A stretch of DNA of 64,000 nucleotides from Octopus vulgaris (GCA_951406725.2 OX597817.1:162006001-162070000), one strand, 5' to 3'; shown: positions 39,499 to 51,624, numbered from the stretch's first letter. Notes: generated from the sequence alone by a model not told the origin. Numbers and translations: made by a program.

Positions 39499-39902
39499 GG
39501 CGTAGGAGTGACTGTGTGGTAAGTAGCTTGCTTACCAACCACATGATTCCGGGTTCAGTCCCACTGCGTGGCACCTTGGGCAAGTGTCTTTTACTAAAGC
39601 CTTGGGCCAACCAAAGCCTTGTGAGTAGATTTAGTAGACGGAAACTGAAAGAAGCCCGTCGTATATATGTATATGTTTATGTTTGTGTGTCTGTGTTTGT
39701 TCCCCCCCCCCCCGCTAGCATCGCTTGACAACCGATGCTGGTGTGTTTACGTCCCCGTAACTTAACAGTTCGGCAAAAGAGAACCGATAGAATAAGTACT
39801 AGGCTTACAAAGAATAAGTCCTGTGGTCGATTTGCTCGACTAAAGGCGGTGCTCCAGCATGGCCACAGTCAAACGATTGAAACAAGTAAAAGAATAAAAG
39901 AG
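39499..39902 (+). mobile_element. SINE family A, full length
   Basis: GGCGTAGGAGTGACTGTGTGGTAAG...GGGTTCAGTCCC...ACCTTGGGCAAGT...GAAACAAGTAAAAGA. Confidence 0.92.
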
Positions 39903-39977
39903 TTCTTTCACAATAGAACGTCTAAGACATTTGCTGTGCGATATTGGCTTCGTAGAAAACATATGAATTTGTCAGCG

Positions 39978-40045
39978 GGCAGTTTTGCTTAATGGTAAAG
40001 CACTTAGCCGAAGTCTTGGATGTGGGTTCGAGTCCTTTGGCTGTT
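39978..40045 (+). pseudogene. Degenerate tRNA-like sequence (GAA in the anticodon position)
   Basis: Acceptor GGCAGTT/GGCTGTT, D-arm GCTT-AATGGTA-AAGC, loop CCGAAGT, perfect box B GGTTCGAGTCC; mismatches in the anticodon and T stems. Confidence 0.55.
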
Positions 40046-40267
40046 TGTTGACAACTTTTTCCACCTTGTAAGGGTAATTCACCCATTATTTCTGCTGTTC
40101 TAACAGCAATACTGCGTTTGAAATAAATATCTTCTTGCTTGTATCGTACGATATACATTTCGACGCCTCTAATAAAAACAAATATAAGTTTGTTTATATT
40201 TATACACATCTACATACACTTGTGTAAAAACACATTGAGACGTGCTTCAAGTGACGTCAACGAACTA

Positions 40268-40299
40268 GACACTGTTTCGGCGTGAGTTCGCCTCTTCAG
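40268..40299 (-). ncRNA. Minimal hammerhead core
   Basis: Minus strand CTGAAGA|GGCG-aactca-CGCC|GAAA|C-agt-GTC; perfect GC-rich stem II; stem I weak. Confidence 0.6.
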
Positions 40300-40620
40300 T
40301 CAATAGCAGACAATAAGATGTTTTCCGAGACCCTCTTGATTTTCTGAAGCTTTAAATCAGTTTTTAAAATCCACGGCTCGCCGAAGATACTCTTTGTGGA
40401 GTAGCGCTTGAGAACAATTGGTTCATGCAATGGATGTATTATACCACATTAAAAATTGTGCTATTCAAATAAATAAATCTCCAGAGACATGCAAATGATA
40501 CACGCACGCACACACACACACACATATACACACACAAATACACATGGATATAAGCATGTTTATATGTATTTGTATATATATATGCATATGGATGTATGTG
40601 TGTATTTGTGTGTGTGTGTG

Positions 40621-40687
<67 letters not shown>

Positions 40688-40926
40688 GAGGGGGAAAAAT
40701 TTGATATTAATTTAATAATACCATCAATTTAACACCAAGTGGCTTAGCACATAAAAACCAGGGATACAATACAAATTTATACATAAATATGAGAGAGTAA
40801 CCACTATGTGGTCGACTCTAGTGCTAAAAATAGATCCACTATGGTATAGCCACTAAAAGTTGTTTCCAAGGAGAAATAAAACAACATTTAACGTCGGGCA
40901 AGTGAAAAATAACGAAAAAATAGATT

Positions 40927-41004
40927 AACCCTGGACAATTGTTTCATTATTAATGTAAATGCAATTTTTACTTACACAACATCCATAAGTCATCAGCAGG
41001 AGTT
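40927..41004 (-). ncRNA. Type-I hammerhead ribozyme motif (inverted copy)
   Basis: Reverse complement of 41679-41756. Confidence 0.7.
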
Positions 41005-41260
41005 TGTCTTAAATACAATTTATTAAATCGCTCGTTAAATTTCGATGCAGCGTCAAATACACGTGCGGTTCAATCAATTGTATTAGCAGCTATGATTCAA
41101 ATTCTTCCGCCAAAAGTGTGATAAGACTTCTGGAAACGAATACCGCATAAAATACTTACTGCAGTATAATTAAATTTATAAATGAGGGTGAAAAATTTGA
41201 TATTAATTTTATAATACCATCAAGCCACTTGGTGTTAAATTGATGGTATTATTAAATTAA

Positions 41261-41464
41261 GGCGGCGAGCTGGCAGAAGCGTTAGCACGCCGGGCGAAAT
41301 GCTTTGAGTTCAAATTCCGCCGAGGTCGACTTTGCCTTTCATCCTTTCGGGGTCGATAAATTAAGCACCAGTTACGCACTGGGGTCGATGTAATCGACTT
41401 AATACCTATGTCTGTCCTTGTTTGTCCCCTCTATGTTTAGCCCCTCGTGGGTAATAAAGAAATA
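41261..41464 (+). mobile_element. SINE family B inserted in the fold-back arm
   Basis: TSD GGTATTATTAAATTAA at 41245-41260 and 41465-41480. Confidence 0.92.
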
Positions 41465-41678
41465 GGTATTATTAAATTAATATCAAATTTTTCACCCTCA
41501 TTTATAAATTTAATTATGCTGCAGTAAATATTTTATGCGGTATTCGTTTCCAGAAGTCTTATCACACTTTTGGCGGGAGAATTTGAATCATAGCTGCTAA
41601 TACAATTGATTGAACCGCACGTGTATTTGGCGCTGCATCGAAATTTAACGAGCGATTTAATAAATTGTATTTAAGACA

Positions 41679-41756
41679 AACTCCTGCTGATGACTTATGG
41701 ATGTTGTGTAAGTAAAAATTGCATTTACATTAATAATGAAACAATTGTCCAGGGTT
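41679..41756 (+). ncRNA. Type-I hammerhead ribozyme motif with extended stem II
   Basis: CCTG|CTGATGA|cTTAT..ATGT..TGTAA/TTGCA..ACAT..ATAAt|GAAA|CAATTG|TC|CAGG; stem I CCTG/CAGG; palindromic stem III ACAATTGT; predicted cut after C41749; the basal stem II pair is a C-U mismatch. Confidence 0.72.
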
Positions 41757-41885
41757 AATCTATTTTTTCGTTATTTTTCACTTGCCCCACGTTAAATGTT
41801 GTTTTATTTCTCCTTGGAAACAACTTTTAGTGGCTATACCATAGTGGATCTATTTTTAGCACTAGAGTCGACCACATAGTGGTTA

Positions 41886-41965
<80 letters not shown>

Positions 41966-42104
41966 TAAGATTCAAGTGAGTTCTATTCAATAATTCACTT
42001 GAATGCAGTACTTAACTTAGATGCACCAGAAAACTATATGGTATTAACCATACAATAATGTGGGGTGATTATAAACGAGAAAAAAGCAACAAGAATGGAT
42101 TAGT

Positions 42105-42196
42105 TTTTCAGTACAATTGTTTCATACGAAGACAAGCTTTATTAAAAGCTGCAAATATTGCAGCAAATACAAGTATCCCGTACTCATCAGCCAAAA
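42105..42196 (-). ncRNA. Type-I hammerhead ribozyme motif (inverted copy)
   Basis: Reverse complement of 42470-42560 with a few substitutions in the stem II region. Confidence 0.65.
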
Positions 42197-42469
42197 CACA
42201 TATGAGTTCTCCAAGCATCCTAGTGGGTGAGGCTACACTCATGAAGTGTCGGAGATAGTTTTATAAAAAGCAAATTTAGGTTGTAAGCAGACTTCCAAAG
42301 TTCTCTAATGATGATGCACAGTCTTATAACAGGCTTTAAAAAGCTTGTGCATCATCATTAGAGAACTTTGGAAGTCTGCTTACAACCTAAATTTGCTTTT
42401 TATAAAACTATCTCCGACACTTCATGGGTGTAGCCTCACCCACTAGGATGCTTGGAGAACTCATATGTG

Positions 42470-42560
42470 TTTTGGCTGATGAGTACGGGACACTTGTATT
42501 TGCTGCAATATTTGCCGCTTTTAATAAAGCTTGTCTTCGTATGAAACAATTGTACTGAAA
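42470..42560 (+). ncRNA. Type-I hammerhead ribozyme motif with long stem II insert
   Basis: TTTTGG|CTGATGA|GTACG...CGTAT|GAAA|CAATTG|TA|CTGAAA; predicted GUA cut after A42554. Confidence 0.68.
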
Positions 42561-42588
42561 AACTAATCCATTCTTGTTGCTTTTTCTC

Positions 42589-42676
<88 letters not shown>

Positions 42677-43251
42677 TTATAAGAATACAAAAAAATGGGA
42701 CAAGAACGAAACAGGCGACAAGACATCCAGATAGATGATACAAAAAGGGACAAGAAAAAGCAAGGACGGGTCATTCGGAGTTTTCATTCGTCAGTCGAGT
42801 TCCATATTATCTTTGTAGTTTCGGCTGCTTATACTCGAGACTGCTCCAATCTGGTTAACCCCAAGGAAAATCTAAGCTAAGATCACTAGATTCCTTGGAA
42901 GAAAGCAGCGAATGTATACGGAAACACAGAATTAATTTGTGTAAAAATCAATAAGAAGAGTACTCCATCTTAAGAGTGTCTAATATTACTTTGTGTATAT
43001 ACACGCGCGATGGGCATCTATTTCCTTGTACCAAATACGCTCATAAGGCTTTGGTCGACGCGGAACTATAGTAGGAAACACCTGCCCGAGATTTCACGCA
43101 GTGGGACTGAACTATGTGGTTGGTAGGCAAACTTCTTACAACACTGCTACACATTCACATACATATTGCTTATGTGTGTGTGTGTGTGATGTGTGATGTG
43201 TGTGTAAGTGGGTCTGTGCGTGCGTGCGCGCGTGCATCTGTACGGTTTACA

Positions 43252-43478
43252 GCGAGCTGGCAGAATCGTTAGCACGCCGGGCGAAATGCTTAGCGGTATT
43301 TCGTCTGCCGTTACGTTGTGAGTTCAAATTCCGCCGAGGTCGACTTGGCCTTTCATCCTTTCGGGGTCGATAAATTAAGTACCAGTTACGCACTGGGGTC
43401 GATGTAATCGATTTAATACCTATGTCCGTCCTTGTTTGTCCCCTCTGTGTTTAGCCCCTTGTGGGTAATAAAGAAATA
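43252..43478 (+). mobile_element. SINE family B
   Basis: TSD GGTTTACAGCGAGC at 43244-43257 and 43479-43492, partly overlapping the SINE head. Confidence 0.92.
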
Positions 43479-43494
43479 GGTTTACAGCGAGCCC

Positions 43495-44035
43495 GATGTT
43501 CGATCCCGCAGTCGATGTTACAACTTTTTCCGTTTTCTTTTTCTATGTCATCCCATTGGACCAAACCAATTCTTAGAATTTCTTCGTTTATTTCAGAAGC
43601 TTTGTTCTTATCAGAGTCAATCATATTGTCGAATAAATTCGTTCGTTTTTTCCCAATCATTTTAATCGTTATTAGCGTGTGGCATCCATGCACAGAGCAT
43701 TTTGGAACTTACCCATCGAATGAAAGCGACAGGAGACTGTGTCATGACACCACTTCATCTTTTGTGCCAATTCCCCTGTGGATTGGCACCGATTCGAGTG
43801 AATGATCTCGTTCAATCCTCCTCATCTGATTGAACAGCTCTGCCGGAACTCGGAGGATTTGTGAAATCGAATTTCCCCCTCTTGAAGCATGAAAAATCAT
43901 TCCTTTGCAGTTCTTTCAGTAATAGCGCATTCTCTCCACACAGATCAAATGTCTCGAGGTCACTCTGGCAGTTTTGGAACTTTGACTGAGAGCGAAGAGA
44001 AAACAGGTATTGAAAATGCTCATGTTTTTTCATTT
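43495..44035 (-). mobile_element. Decayed mariner transposase (N-terminal half)
   Basis: Frameshifted pieces KHEHFQYLF..., FKRGKFDFTNPPSSGRAVQSDEE (compare WFxxFRSGDFxLxDxxRSGRP) and AWMPHA (WVPHEL motif). Confidence 0.7.
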
Positions 44036-44051
44036 TTCTGCTTAGCTTTCT

Positions 44052-44468
44052 TATTTCTTTATTGCCCACAAGAGGTTAAACACAGAGGGGACAAACAAGG
44101 ACAGACAAAGGGATTAAGTCGATTATATCGACCCCAGTGCGTAACTGGTACTTATTTAATCGATCCCGAAAGGATAAAAGGCAAAGTCGACCTCGGCGGA
44201 ATTTGAACTCAGAACGTAACGGCAGGTGAAATACCTATTTCTTTACTGCCCACAAGGGGCTAAACACAGAGAGGACAAACAAGGACAGACAAACGGATTA
44301 AGTCGATTATATCGACCACCGTGCGTAACTGGTACTTATTTAATCGACCCCGAAAGGATGAAAGGCAAAGTCGACCTCAGCGGAATTTGAACTCAGAACG
44401 TAGCGGCATACGAAATACGGCTTAGCATTTCGCCCGGCGTGCTAACGTTTCTGCCAGCTCGCCGCCTT
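44052..44468 (-). mobile_element. SINE family B dimer
   Basis: Two units joined at AAAGAAATA|GGTATTTC; flanking direct repeat CTTAGCTTTCT. Confidence 0.9.
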
Positions 44469-44887
44469 AGCTTTCTATTGTCATATATTTGAAAAGAAGT
44501 AAAATTTATTCAAATTTCAAAAACGATGAAATGTGGAAGTATAATCAGTTGGCACTCCGTCAGTTAAGACGACGGGGGTCCCAGTCGATCCGATCAACGG
44601 AACAGCCTGCTCATGAAATTAACGTTCAAGTGGTTGAGCACTCCACAGACACGTGTACCCCTAATGTACTTCTCAAGGGGATTCAGCGTGACACAGAATG
44701 TGACAAGGCTGGCCCTTTGTATTACAAGTACTACTCATTTTTGCGAGCTGGGTTGGTTATAGCAACGTGAAATAAAATGTCTTGCTCAAGGACACAAAGC
44801 GCCGCCTGGTATCGAACTCACAATCTTATGATTGTGAGCCGAAAACCCTGACCACTAAGCTAGTACGAAAAGAACTATAAAAAGCAA

Positions 44888-45273
44888 TGGAAGCACTCCG
44901 TCGGTTACGACGATGAGGGTTCCGGTTGATCCGAATCAACGGAACAGCCTGCTCGTGAAATTAACGTGTAAGTGGCTGAGCACTCCACAGACACGTGTAC
45001 CCTTAACGTAGTTCTCGGGGATATTCAGCGTGACACAGAGAGTGACAAGGCCGGCCCTTTGAAATACAGGTACAACAGAAACAGGAAGTAAGAGTGAGAG
45101 AAAGTTGTGGTGAAAGAGTACAGCAGGGATCACCACCATCCCCTGCCGGAGCCTCGTGGAGCTTTTAGGTGTTTTCGCTCAATAAACACTCACAACGCCC
45201 GGTCTGGGAATCGAAACCGCGATCCTATGACCGCGAGTCCGCTGCCCTAACCACTGGGCCATTGCGCCTCCAC
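44888..45273 (-). mobile_element. SINE family C, tail type 1
   Basis: Near-identical to 6937-7320 and 62903-63287. Confidence 0.92.
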
Positions 45274-46415
45274 GTTAATTCTTATAACAGTGGAAAGAAA
45301 CAAACAGACTTGCTCGATGATGATTACGGCAAAAAAATTCAGAAACTTCGACGGAAGTGAAATAATTCGCTTTTAATAGTGGAACACAGTAAATAAAACT
45401 ATAGATAATAGAGTTAAAATAATAATGGAGTTAAAAAACACTTTGTGTCGTAGAAGTCGAGCTCATATCTTCTGTAAACATAGCAGACGTTCTACAGTTG
45501 GATCAAAACAATCATTCGAATTTCTTGTGCAACGATTTCCACCTTTAACAACGAATTATTTTACGTATCTCGAAATTTCTGGAACTTCATGATGTAACAA
45601 CATATAATTCTCGCTGCTAAGAATAAAGTTTCTAAAGATGGAAAGCTGGGGACAAATTTGATTTGGTCCAATGGTAGGATGTTCTGTCATGTCTACAAAT
45701 GATGCGAGTTCAAGTTCCGCATGCAGCTTTCTTATCCCCAATTTTTTTTTTTCTTAAATTAAAGTTTCATCGTTATACATGAGACAACATTATCAGATGC
45801 ACCATCCTTATTTAAGTTGATTGACGGAGATTTGGCTGAGATTTCTAGCAGAAGGAGCGACATCTTAAAAGACCTCCTCTTTGGCTGGGTGGATAAACTG
45901 GTAAGATGTGGTGCGGTGGTGGTGGTGTTAGGAATGTAGTGCGTGAATGTGTTAAAGTAATGGTCTGTGATGGCGAGGGGGAGGGACGAAGTGTATGGCG
46001 TCGGTTGTTGAAGTGCAGTTCTGACTAGTATGATTTGTCAGACCTGTATAAAGCTACAACCACCCCAATATTTTTCCATATACAAGAAACCCATTGTTTT
46101 CTCGTTAAATCTGGACAAACGATCATTACCGGTGCCCTTTGACCTTTGACTTTTGCTGGCTCTCAGAGACCGGTGAGCTTGTTACTATAAACATTTCGTT
46201 AAAACATTCCGTCAACATTGGCGTGAAAGACATGGTTAGGGAGAGGATTCTAGTGAGCCGATGTTCTGAGAAAAAGCTTGGGGAAAAGGTGGGTCCGCCC
46301 TGGGCGATGATTTTATGAGGGCGGCACTTTTGAATTCTAATGTACAACCCTGTATAAACTCGGGCCCAGTGGAGGAGGGGCAACGGACTCAAGGACTCTC
46401 CCGGGCGGCACTCAC

Positions 46416-46545
46416 TCTAGCCACGTGACTGCAAAGAATCGGCCATAGCCATAATGGATGATGCAGAACCGAAGGGTTTCCACACGGCGAGAGTGACAAG
46501 GGTGGAAAGAGGATGTGTTCTTTCTCGAAAGTGGTGTGGTATGAT
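46416..46545 (-). other. Candidate spliced exon (130 nt) in a unique-sequence island
   Basis: Acceptor GTTTTCCTTCAG| and donor AGA|GTGAGT; open in two frames; no recognisable protein. Confidence 0.25.
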
Positions 46546-46740
46546 CTGAAGGAAAACTTGGCTGTGTGTGTGTGTGTGTGTATGTGTGTGTGTGTGTGAA
46601 AATGAACTAAGCAGAGCAGGAGGATATGCATAGACGGAAAGGGTCACTGAAAAGGTCACGTATGTGTGACGAAAGATTTCCAGACAATGGACATAAGATA
46701 AAATAAGAACATTATTAAACGAGTGAATAACGAATAGAAA

Positions 46741-47129
46741 TCTTTATATATAAAAGTCAAGTTGTGTGTCTGTCTCCTACGATTTAGATTCCTAACTACT
46801 CCCACATTTTGCGGTGCAGTTTAACCAAACCGGGTATCTTATAGTCGTGATTCATATCGAGCCCTTCTGGGTATTAGCGCGCGTCTACGATGAGTCTACG
46901 ATTTAAAAAAATTTACCATAATTTTTTTCCATTTTAATGCATTTTTTCACTATTATATAAGGGAAGTAACTCTCTAAAAATGTCTACGATGAGTCAACGA
47001 TTTAAAAAAAATTTACCATCATTTTTTCCCATTTTTAATGCATTTGTTTGCTATTTTTTGGCTATAACTCTCTAAAAATGCTTATATAGTTATTTCACAA
47101 ACCCGAGCAACGCCGGGCGATACTGCTAG
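46741..47129 (+). mobile_element. Non-autonomous Helitron (type H2)
   Basis: A|TC ... hairpin CTAG|T. Confidence 0.9.
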
Positions 47130-47173
47130 TAAATTATAAATTGTAATGCTCGAAAAGAAACGCCAGATGCCAA

Positions 47174-47283
47174 AAACCTACATATATGTTTCGATTCATG
47201 CCCCTGGGTGAAACGTAATTCTAAGCAATTGCTAAGAATTGATATCATTTTTAACTATATAGGGTAAAATCTCGTCACAGCTT
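47174..47283 (-). ncRNA. Type-I hammerhead motif, C3-to-G variant, long stem II insert
   Basis: AAGCT|gTGACGA|GATT...AATC|GAAA|CATATATG|TA|GGTTT. Confidence 0.55.
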
Positions 47284-47468
47284 TATGAATTTATGGAACA
47301 AAAGTGAATATATTTCTTGATGCTTATGTATTTAGTTAGTGAGTTATAGATGTTAGTAAAGATACAATAAAGTAATATAAAAATGACGTAACATGAAAGG
47401 TAAAGAAAGAAGATAAAAGGGTAAAAAACAAAAAAATAATAACGATAGTTAAATATGCTAGTGAAGTA

Positions 47469-47867
47469 TCTTTATATATAAAAGTGAAGTTGTGTGTCTG
47501 TCCCCTTCGATTTAGATTCCTAACTACTCCCACATTTTGCGGTGCAGTTTAACCAAAACCGGGTATCTTATAGTCGTGATTCATATCGAGCCCTTCTGGG
47601 TATTAGTGCGCGTCTACGATGAGTCTACGATTTTAAAAATAATTTACCATCATTTTTTTCCATTTTAATGCATTTTTTCGCTATTATATAAGGGAAGTAA
47701 CTCTCTAAAAATGTCTACGATGAGTCAACGATTTAAAAAAAAATTTACCATAATTTTTTTTCCCATTTTTAATGCATTTTTTTGCTATTTTTTGGCTATA
47801 ACTCTGTAAAAATGCTTATATAGTTATTTCCCTTACAAACCCGAGCAACGCCGGGCAATACTGCTAG
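47469..47867 (+). mobile_element. Non-autonomous Helitron (type H2)
   Basis: A|TC ... hairpin CTAG|T. Confidence 0.9.
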
Positions 47868-48015
47868 TTATATAATAAAATAAACGAAGGATAAGTTGGA
47901 TTTGGATAGTAAAAAGAATTATTAGCCAACTGTGATTAACCAGTGGACGTTTTGGATTATTTAATCCTTATTGGTCTGAGTAGAATATTAGTTGATGGAA
48001 TAGTGACTCTATAAT

Positions 48016-48368
48016 CAGGGGTTCTCAACCATTCTTTATCTATGGACCCCTTTGATTACTATTTTATTCTGGTGGACCCTCCAATAGCCATTCAATGTTT
48101 AAAAACTAGTTTTATAGAAACTTCTTTCAAAATTCCTGTTTTGTTTTTCACTCATTCACTTGTGTAGGTTGAGCAATGTAAAATGCTAGAGAAAGAAACT
48201 AAGTTGTTTCTTGCAAAACACACAGATACACACATCTAAAACAAAATTTTTCAAGGGCCCTTAAAATACTAATGTGGATCCCCGATTTACTATTTTGTTG
48301 CATGGACCCTCACCCCAAATCTTATTTGGACCCTCAGGGGTTATATCAACTCCGGTCGATAACTATTG
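48016..48368. mobile_element. hAT-like MITE
   Basis: CAGGGGTTCTCAACC start; internal similarity to the reverse complement of 60453-61216; far TIR degraded. Confidence 0.65.
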
Positions 48369-48769
48369 AACAAAATATCTTAAATTTGTATTTATGTGAT
48401 CAACTTAGTTCGTTGGAATTGTCTCCCGTGCCATATCAGACCCAAATATTCTCCCTTTGTCATATTAAAACTGACCAGATCCAACTTCTCATACATACCT
48501 CACAATGTCATTCTAAAAATAAACGATCACATCATCGAAGTCTCGAAGTCTCGAATAATTTACATGATTAATTCAAAACAATGTTAACAAATGAGCAGTC
48601 GGGGCAACAGAGTAATCCGAATGCTAAAGCGTCAATAGAGACTTTCAACATCTGCTGAGGGAGTTTTTTTTCTACTGATCGCTCGGATAATCTTGTTCGG
48701 GGTTTTTGTGAACCTGCAGTTTGTGGCGGTTGGATCTTCAGCTTTATGATGGTGATTGTGGTTGCGATA

Positions 48770-49190
48770 GGCGCAGGAGTGGCTGTGTGGTAAGTAGCTT
48801 GTTTACCAGCCACATGGTTCCGGGTTCAGTCCCACTGCGTGGCACCTTGGGCAAGTGTCTCCTACTATAGCCTCGGGCCGACCAGAGCCTTGTGAGTGGA
48901 TTTGGTAGACGGAAACTGAAAGAAGCCCGTCGTATATATGTGTGTATGTGTGTGTGTTTGTGTGCATGTTTGTGTGTCTGTGTTTGTCCCCCTAGCATTG
49001 CTTGACAACCGATGCTGGTGTGTTTATGTCCCCGTTACTTAGCGGTTCGGCAAAAGAGAACCGATAGAATAAATACTGGGCTTACAAAAAGAATAAGTCC
49101 CGGGGGTCGATTTGCTCGATTAAAGGCGGTGCTCCAGCATGGCCGCAGTCAAATGACTGAAACAAGTAAAATAGAGTAAGGAGTAAAGAG
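48770..49190 (+). mobile_element. SINE family A, full length
   Basis: Complete head, microsatellite and tail. Confidence 0.92.
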
Positions 49191-49209
49191 ATGGTTTTGC
49201 GGGTGACTT

Positions 49210-49245
<36 letters not shown>

Positions 49246-49459
49246 AAGGTTTTGTTATTATTATTGATAGTGTTTAGAACCGCCATCACTACCATCACCT
49301 CCGCCACCCAAGCTCAACCCAGTTGTACAGGCTTATGATCAAAGGTGTGATGGCCGTAACTTATTTCTCCGAGAGAAATTTTGCAAAGCGGAACGGGGTT
49401 ACTTTCAGGCCTTCCCAGGGAATAAGGTGGAGGCCCCTCTTTCCTTTCTTGCACCGGCC

Positions 49460-50509
49460 GGCTGGTGATGGAGACGGTGGTGATGTTGGTAGTGGTGGTG
49501 GTGGTGGTGATTACTGCTGTTGGTGGCAGCGACGGAGGCGGTGATGGTAATTGTGCTGGATTGTGGGGAGGGCGGTGATCGTGCTGATGTTGGCGGCGGC
49601 GGTGGTGGAGACGTTGGTAGTGATGATGATTGTGGTGATTGGTGGAGGTGGTGTTTGTAGTGGTGGTAGTAGTGGTGGTGGCTTGTAATGTTAGTGATGA
49701 GTGGGGGCGGATAAGAAAGCGTTGGCGGGAGTTTTGGAGGTAATAACTTTGTGGTGGTGATGATGGTGGTAGAGGTAGTGTCGGTGGAGGTGGTGGTAGT
49801 GTTGGTGATGGCGATGGTGGTGATGGTGATGGTGGTGATGGCGATGGTGGTCACCGCGATGGTAGTGGTGGTGATGGTTGTGGTGGTGGCTGTTTGTAAT
49901 AGTAATTATATTGTTGATAACAGTGTTGTTGTTGCTGTTGTAGTTGTTGTTGTTATTATTGTTGTTGTTGTTGTTTGTTGTTGTTGACCCCGGTCAGGCT
50001 TCCTCTAGCATACCTGTGATGAAATACACTCCAGTTCCAGTCAACCAATAGACTATTTTTTTCTTTTTCTTTTTTTTTTCAGTCTAAGTTTATCTGGGAC
50101 TACCTTAAGCTGATGTTTTCTTGTTATCAAAATAGTAAAGTGTGATTTGAGGGAAAATTGGCTGCTACTTCTTACAGGCTTAGTGTTCACTCAGAGGTTA
50201 CCTTATAGGTGGCGATAGTGGCGGTAGTAGCGGTGGTGGAGGCGACTGTGGCGGTGGTGGTGGTATCGGTGGCGGCAGTGGCGGCTGTGGTGGTGGTGGT
50301 GGTGGCGGTGGTGGTGGTGTCGGTGGCGGCAGTGGTGACGGCGACGGCGGCTGCGGCGGTGGTAGCGGCGGTGGCGGCGGCGGTGGTGGCAGCGGCGGCG
50401 GTGGTGGTGGAAACGGTGGTAGTGGTGGTGAATAATGGTGGTGACGCCGGTTGCAGCAGCGGCGGAGGCGGTGGTGGTGAGGATGATGGTAGTAGTAGTG
50501 GTGGTGGTG

Positions 50510-50559
<50 letters not shown>

Positions 50560-50595
50560 GGTGGTAGGAATTAAGAGTCGTGGTGGTGAGGATGA

Positions 50596-50670
<75 letters not shown>

Positions 50671-50760
50671 TGGTAGTGGTGGTGGCGGTGGTGGTGGTAG
50701 GAATTAAGAGTCGAGTTGCGATGGTGAGTAATTGAGGTGAGTATTGCAGCGAGGTTGGAG
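49460..50760. repeat. (GGT/GGC/AGT)n low-complexity region
   Basis: Directly visible trinucleotide runs. Confidence 0.85.
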
Positions 50761-50903
50761 TGTGAGTGGTGGGGGGAGGAGCAGTTGGTGAGAGAAATAC
50801 AAAAGAAAAAAAAAAGACAAGAACAAACAAGAAACGACGGAGAAGGAAATAACTCTCTCTCCACCCTCCTCCCCCATATCACCTCCAACAACACTCACCA
50901 AAG

Positions 50904-50942
<39 letters not shown>

Positions 50943-51624
50943 ATTACATATCAGCGACACCTTCCACAGCAGTACACTCTACTCTCACCTCTACACGCCG
51001 GGAAGCCCGAACCACACACGTAAGGGAGTCTCTCTACCTATATGTGAGGTCACTCGACGTGCTAGAAATAGCAGCCAAATTACTTTTAAAAATGCAGGAG
51101 ACGATATGTCGCCCTAGACAAGGGCGAGATGGCTGGAACGTGCTTGATCATAGGGCCCGCTAAAACAAAGCTGACCTAAGGTCAAAAAACTGCAGCAGCA
51201 GCAACAACAACAGCAACAACAATCATTATCACTACCTCAATAATACATTCATGGCTGCCCGACATGTCAGAAACAACGACCAAATTTCCTTTAAAATTGG
51301 AGGGATAATATCTTGCCTTGGAGAAGGACCGGATAGCTAGAACGTATTTGATCATAGAGCCGCTAAACCAAAGCTGACCTGTGGTTAAAAAAACAACAGC
51401 AACAGCAACAACAATAACAATAACAACAATAATTATTATCACTATCTCAGAAATATATGCGTGGCTGCCTTTACATATCAGAAATAGTAACGAAATTTCT
51501 CTTGGAAAATGGCGGGTTAAAAATATTGTCCTCGAAGAAGAAGGGCGTGGATAGTCATGGCTGGAATATATTTGATTACAGATCTGTTAAGGCAGGTCTG
51601 ACTTACGGTTAAACAGCAATAACA

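Larger units (their letters stand above)
40681..41896. mobile_element. Fold-back element built from a 496-bp monomer, between (TA)n tracts, with two hammerheads (Penelope pLTR-like)
   Basis: 40785-41223 is mirrored by about 41240-41896 (minus a SINE-B insert); TATAAATGAGGG direct repeat at 40681 and 41177. Confidence 0.88.
41959..42590. mobile_element. Second fold-back element between (TA)n tracts, with two hammerheads
   Basis: Arms 42076-42320 and 42346-42590 (about 245 bp, few mismatches), 25-bp spacer. Confidence 0.88.
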
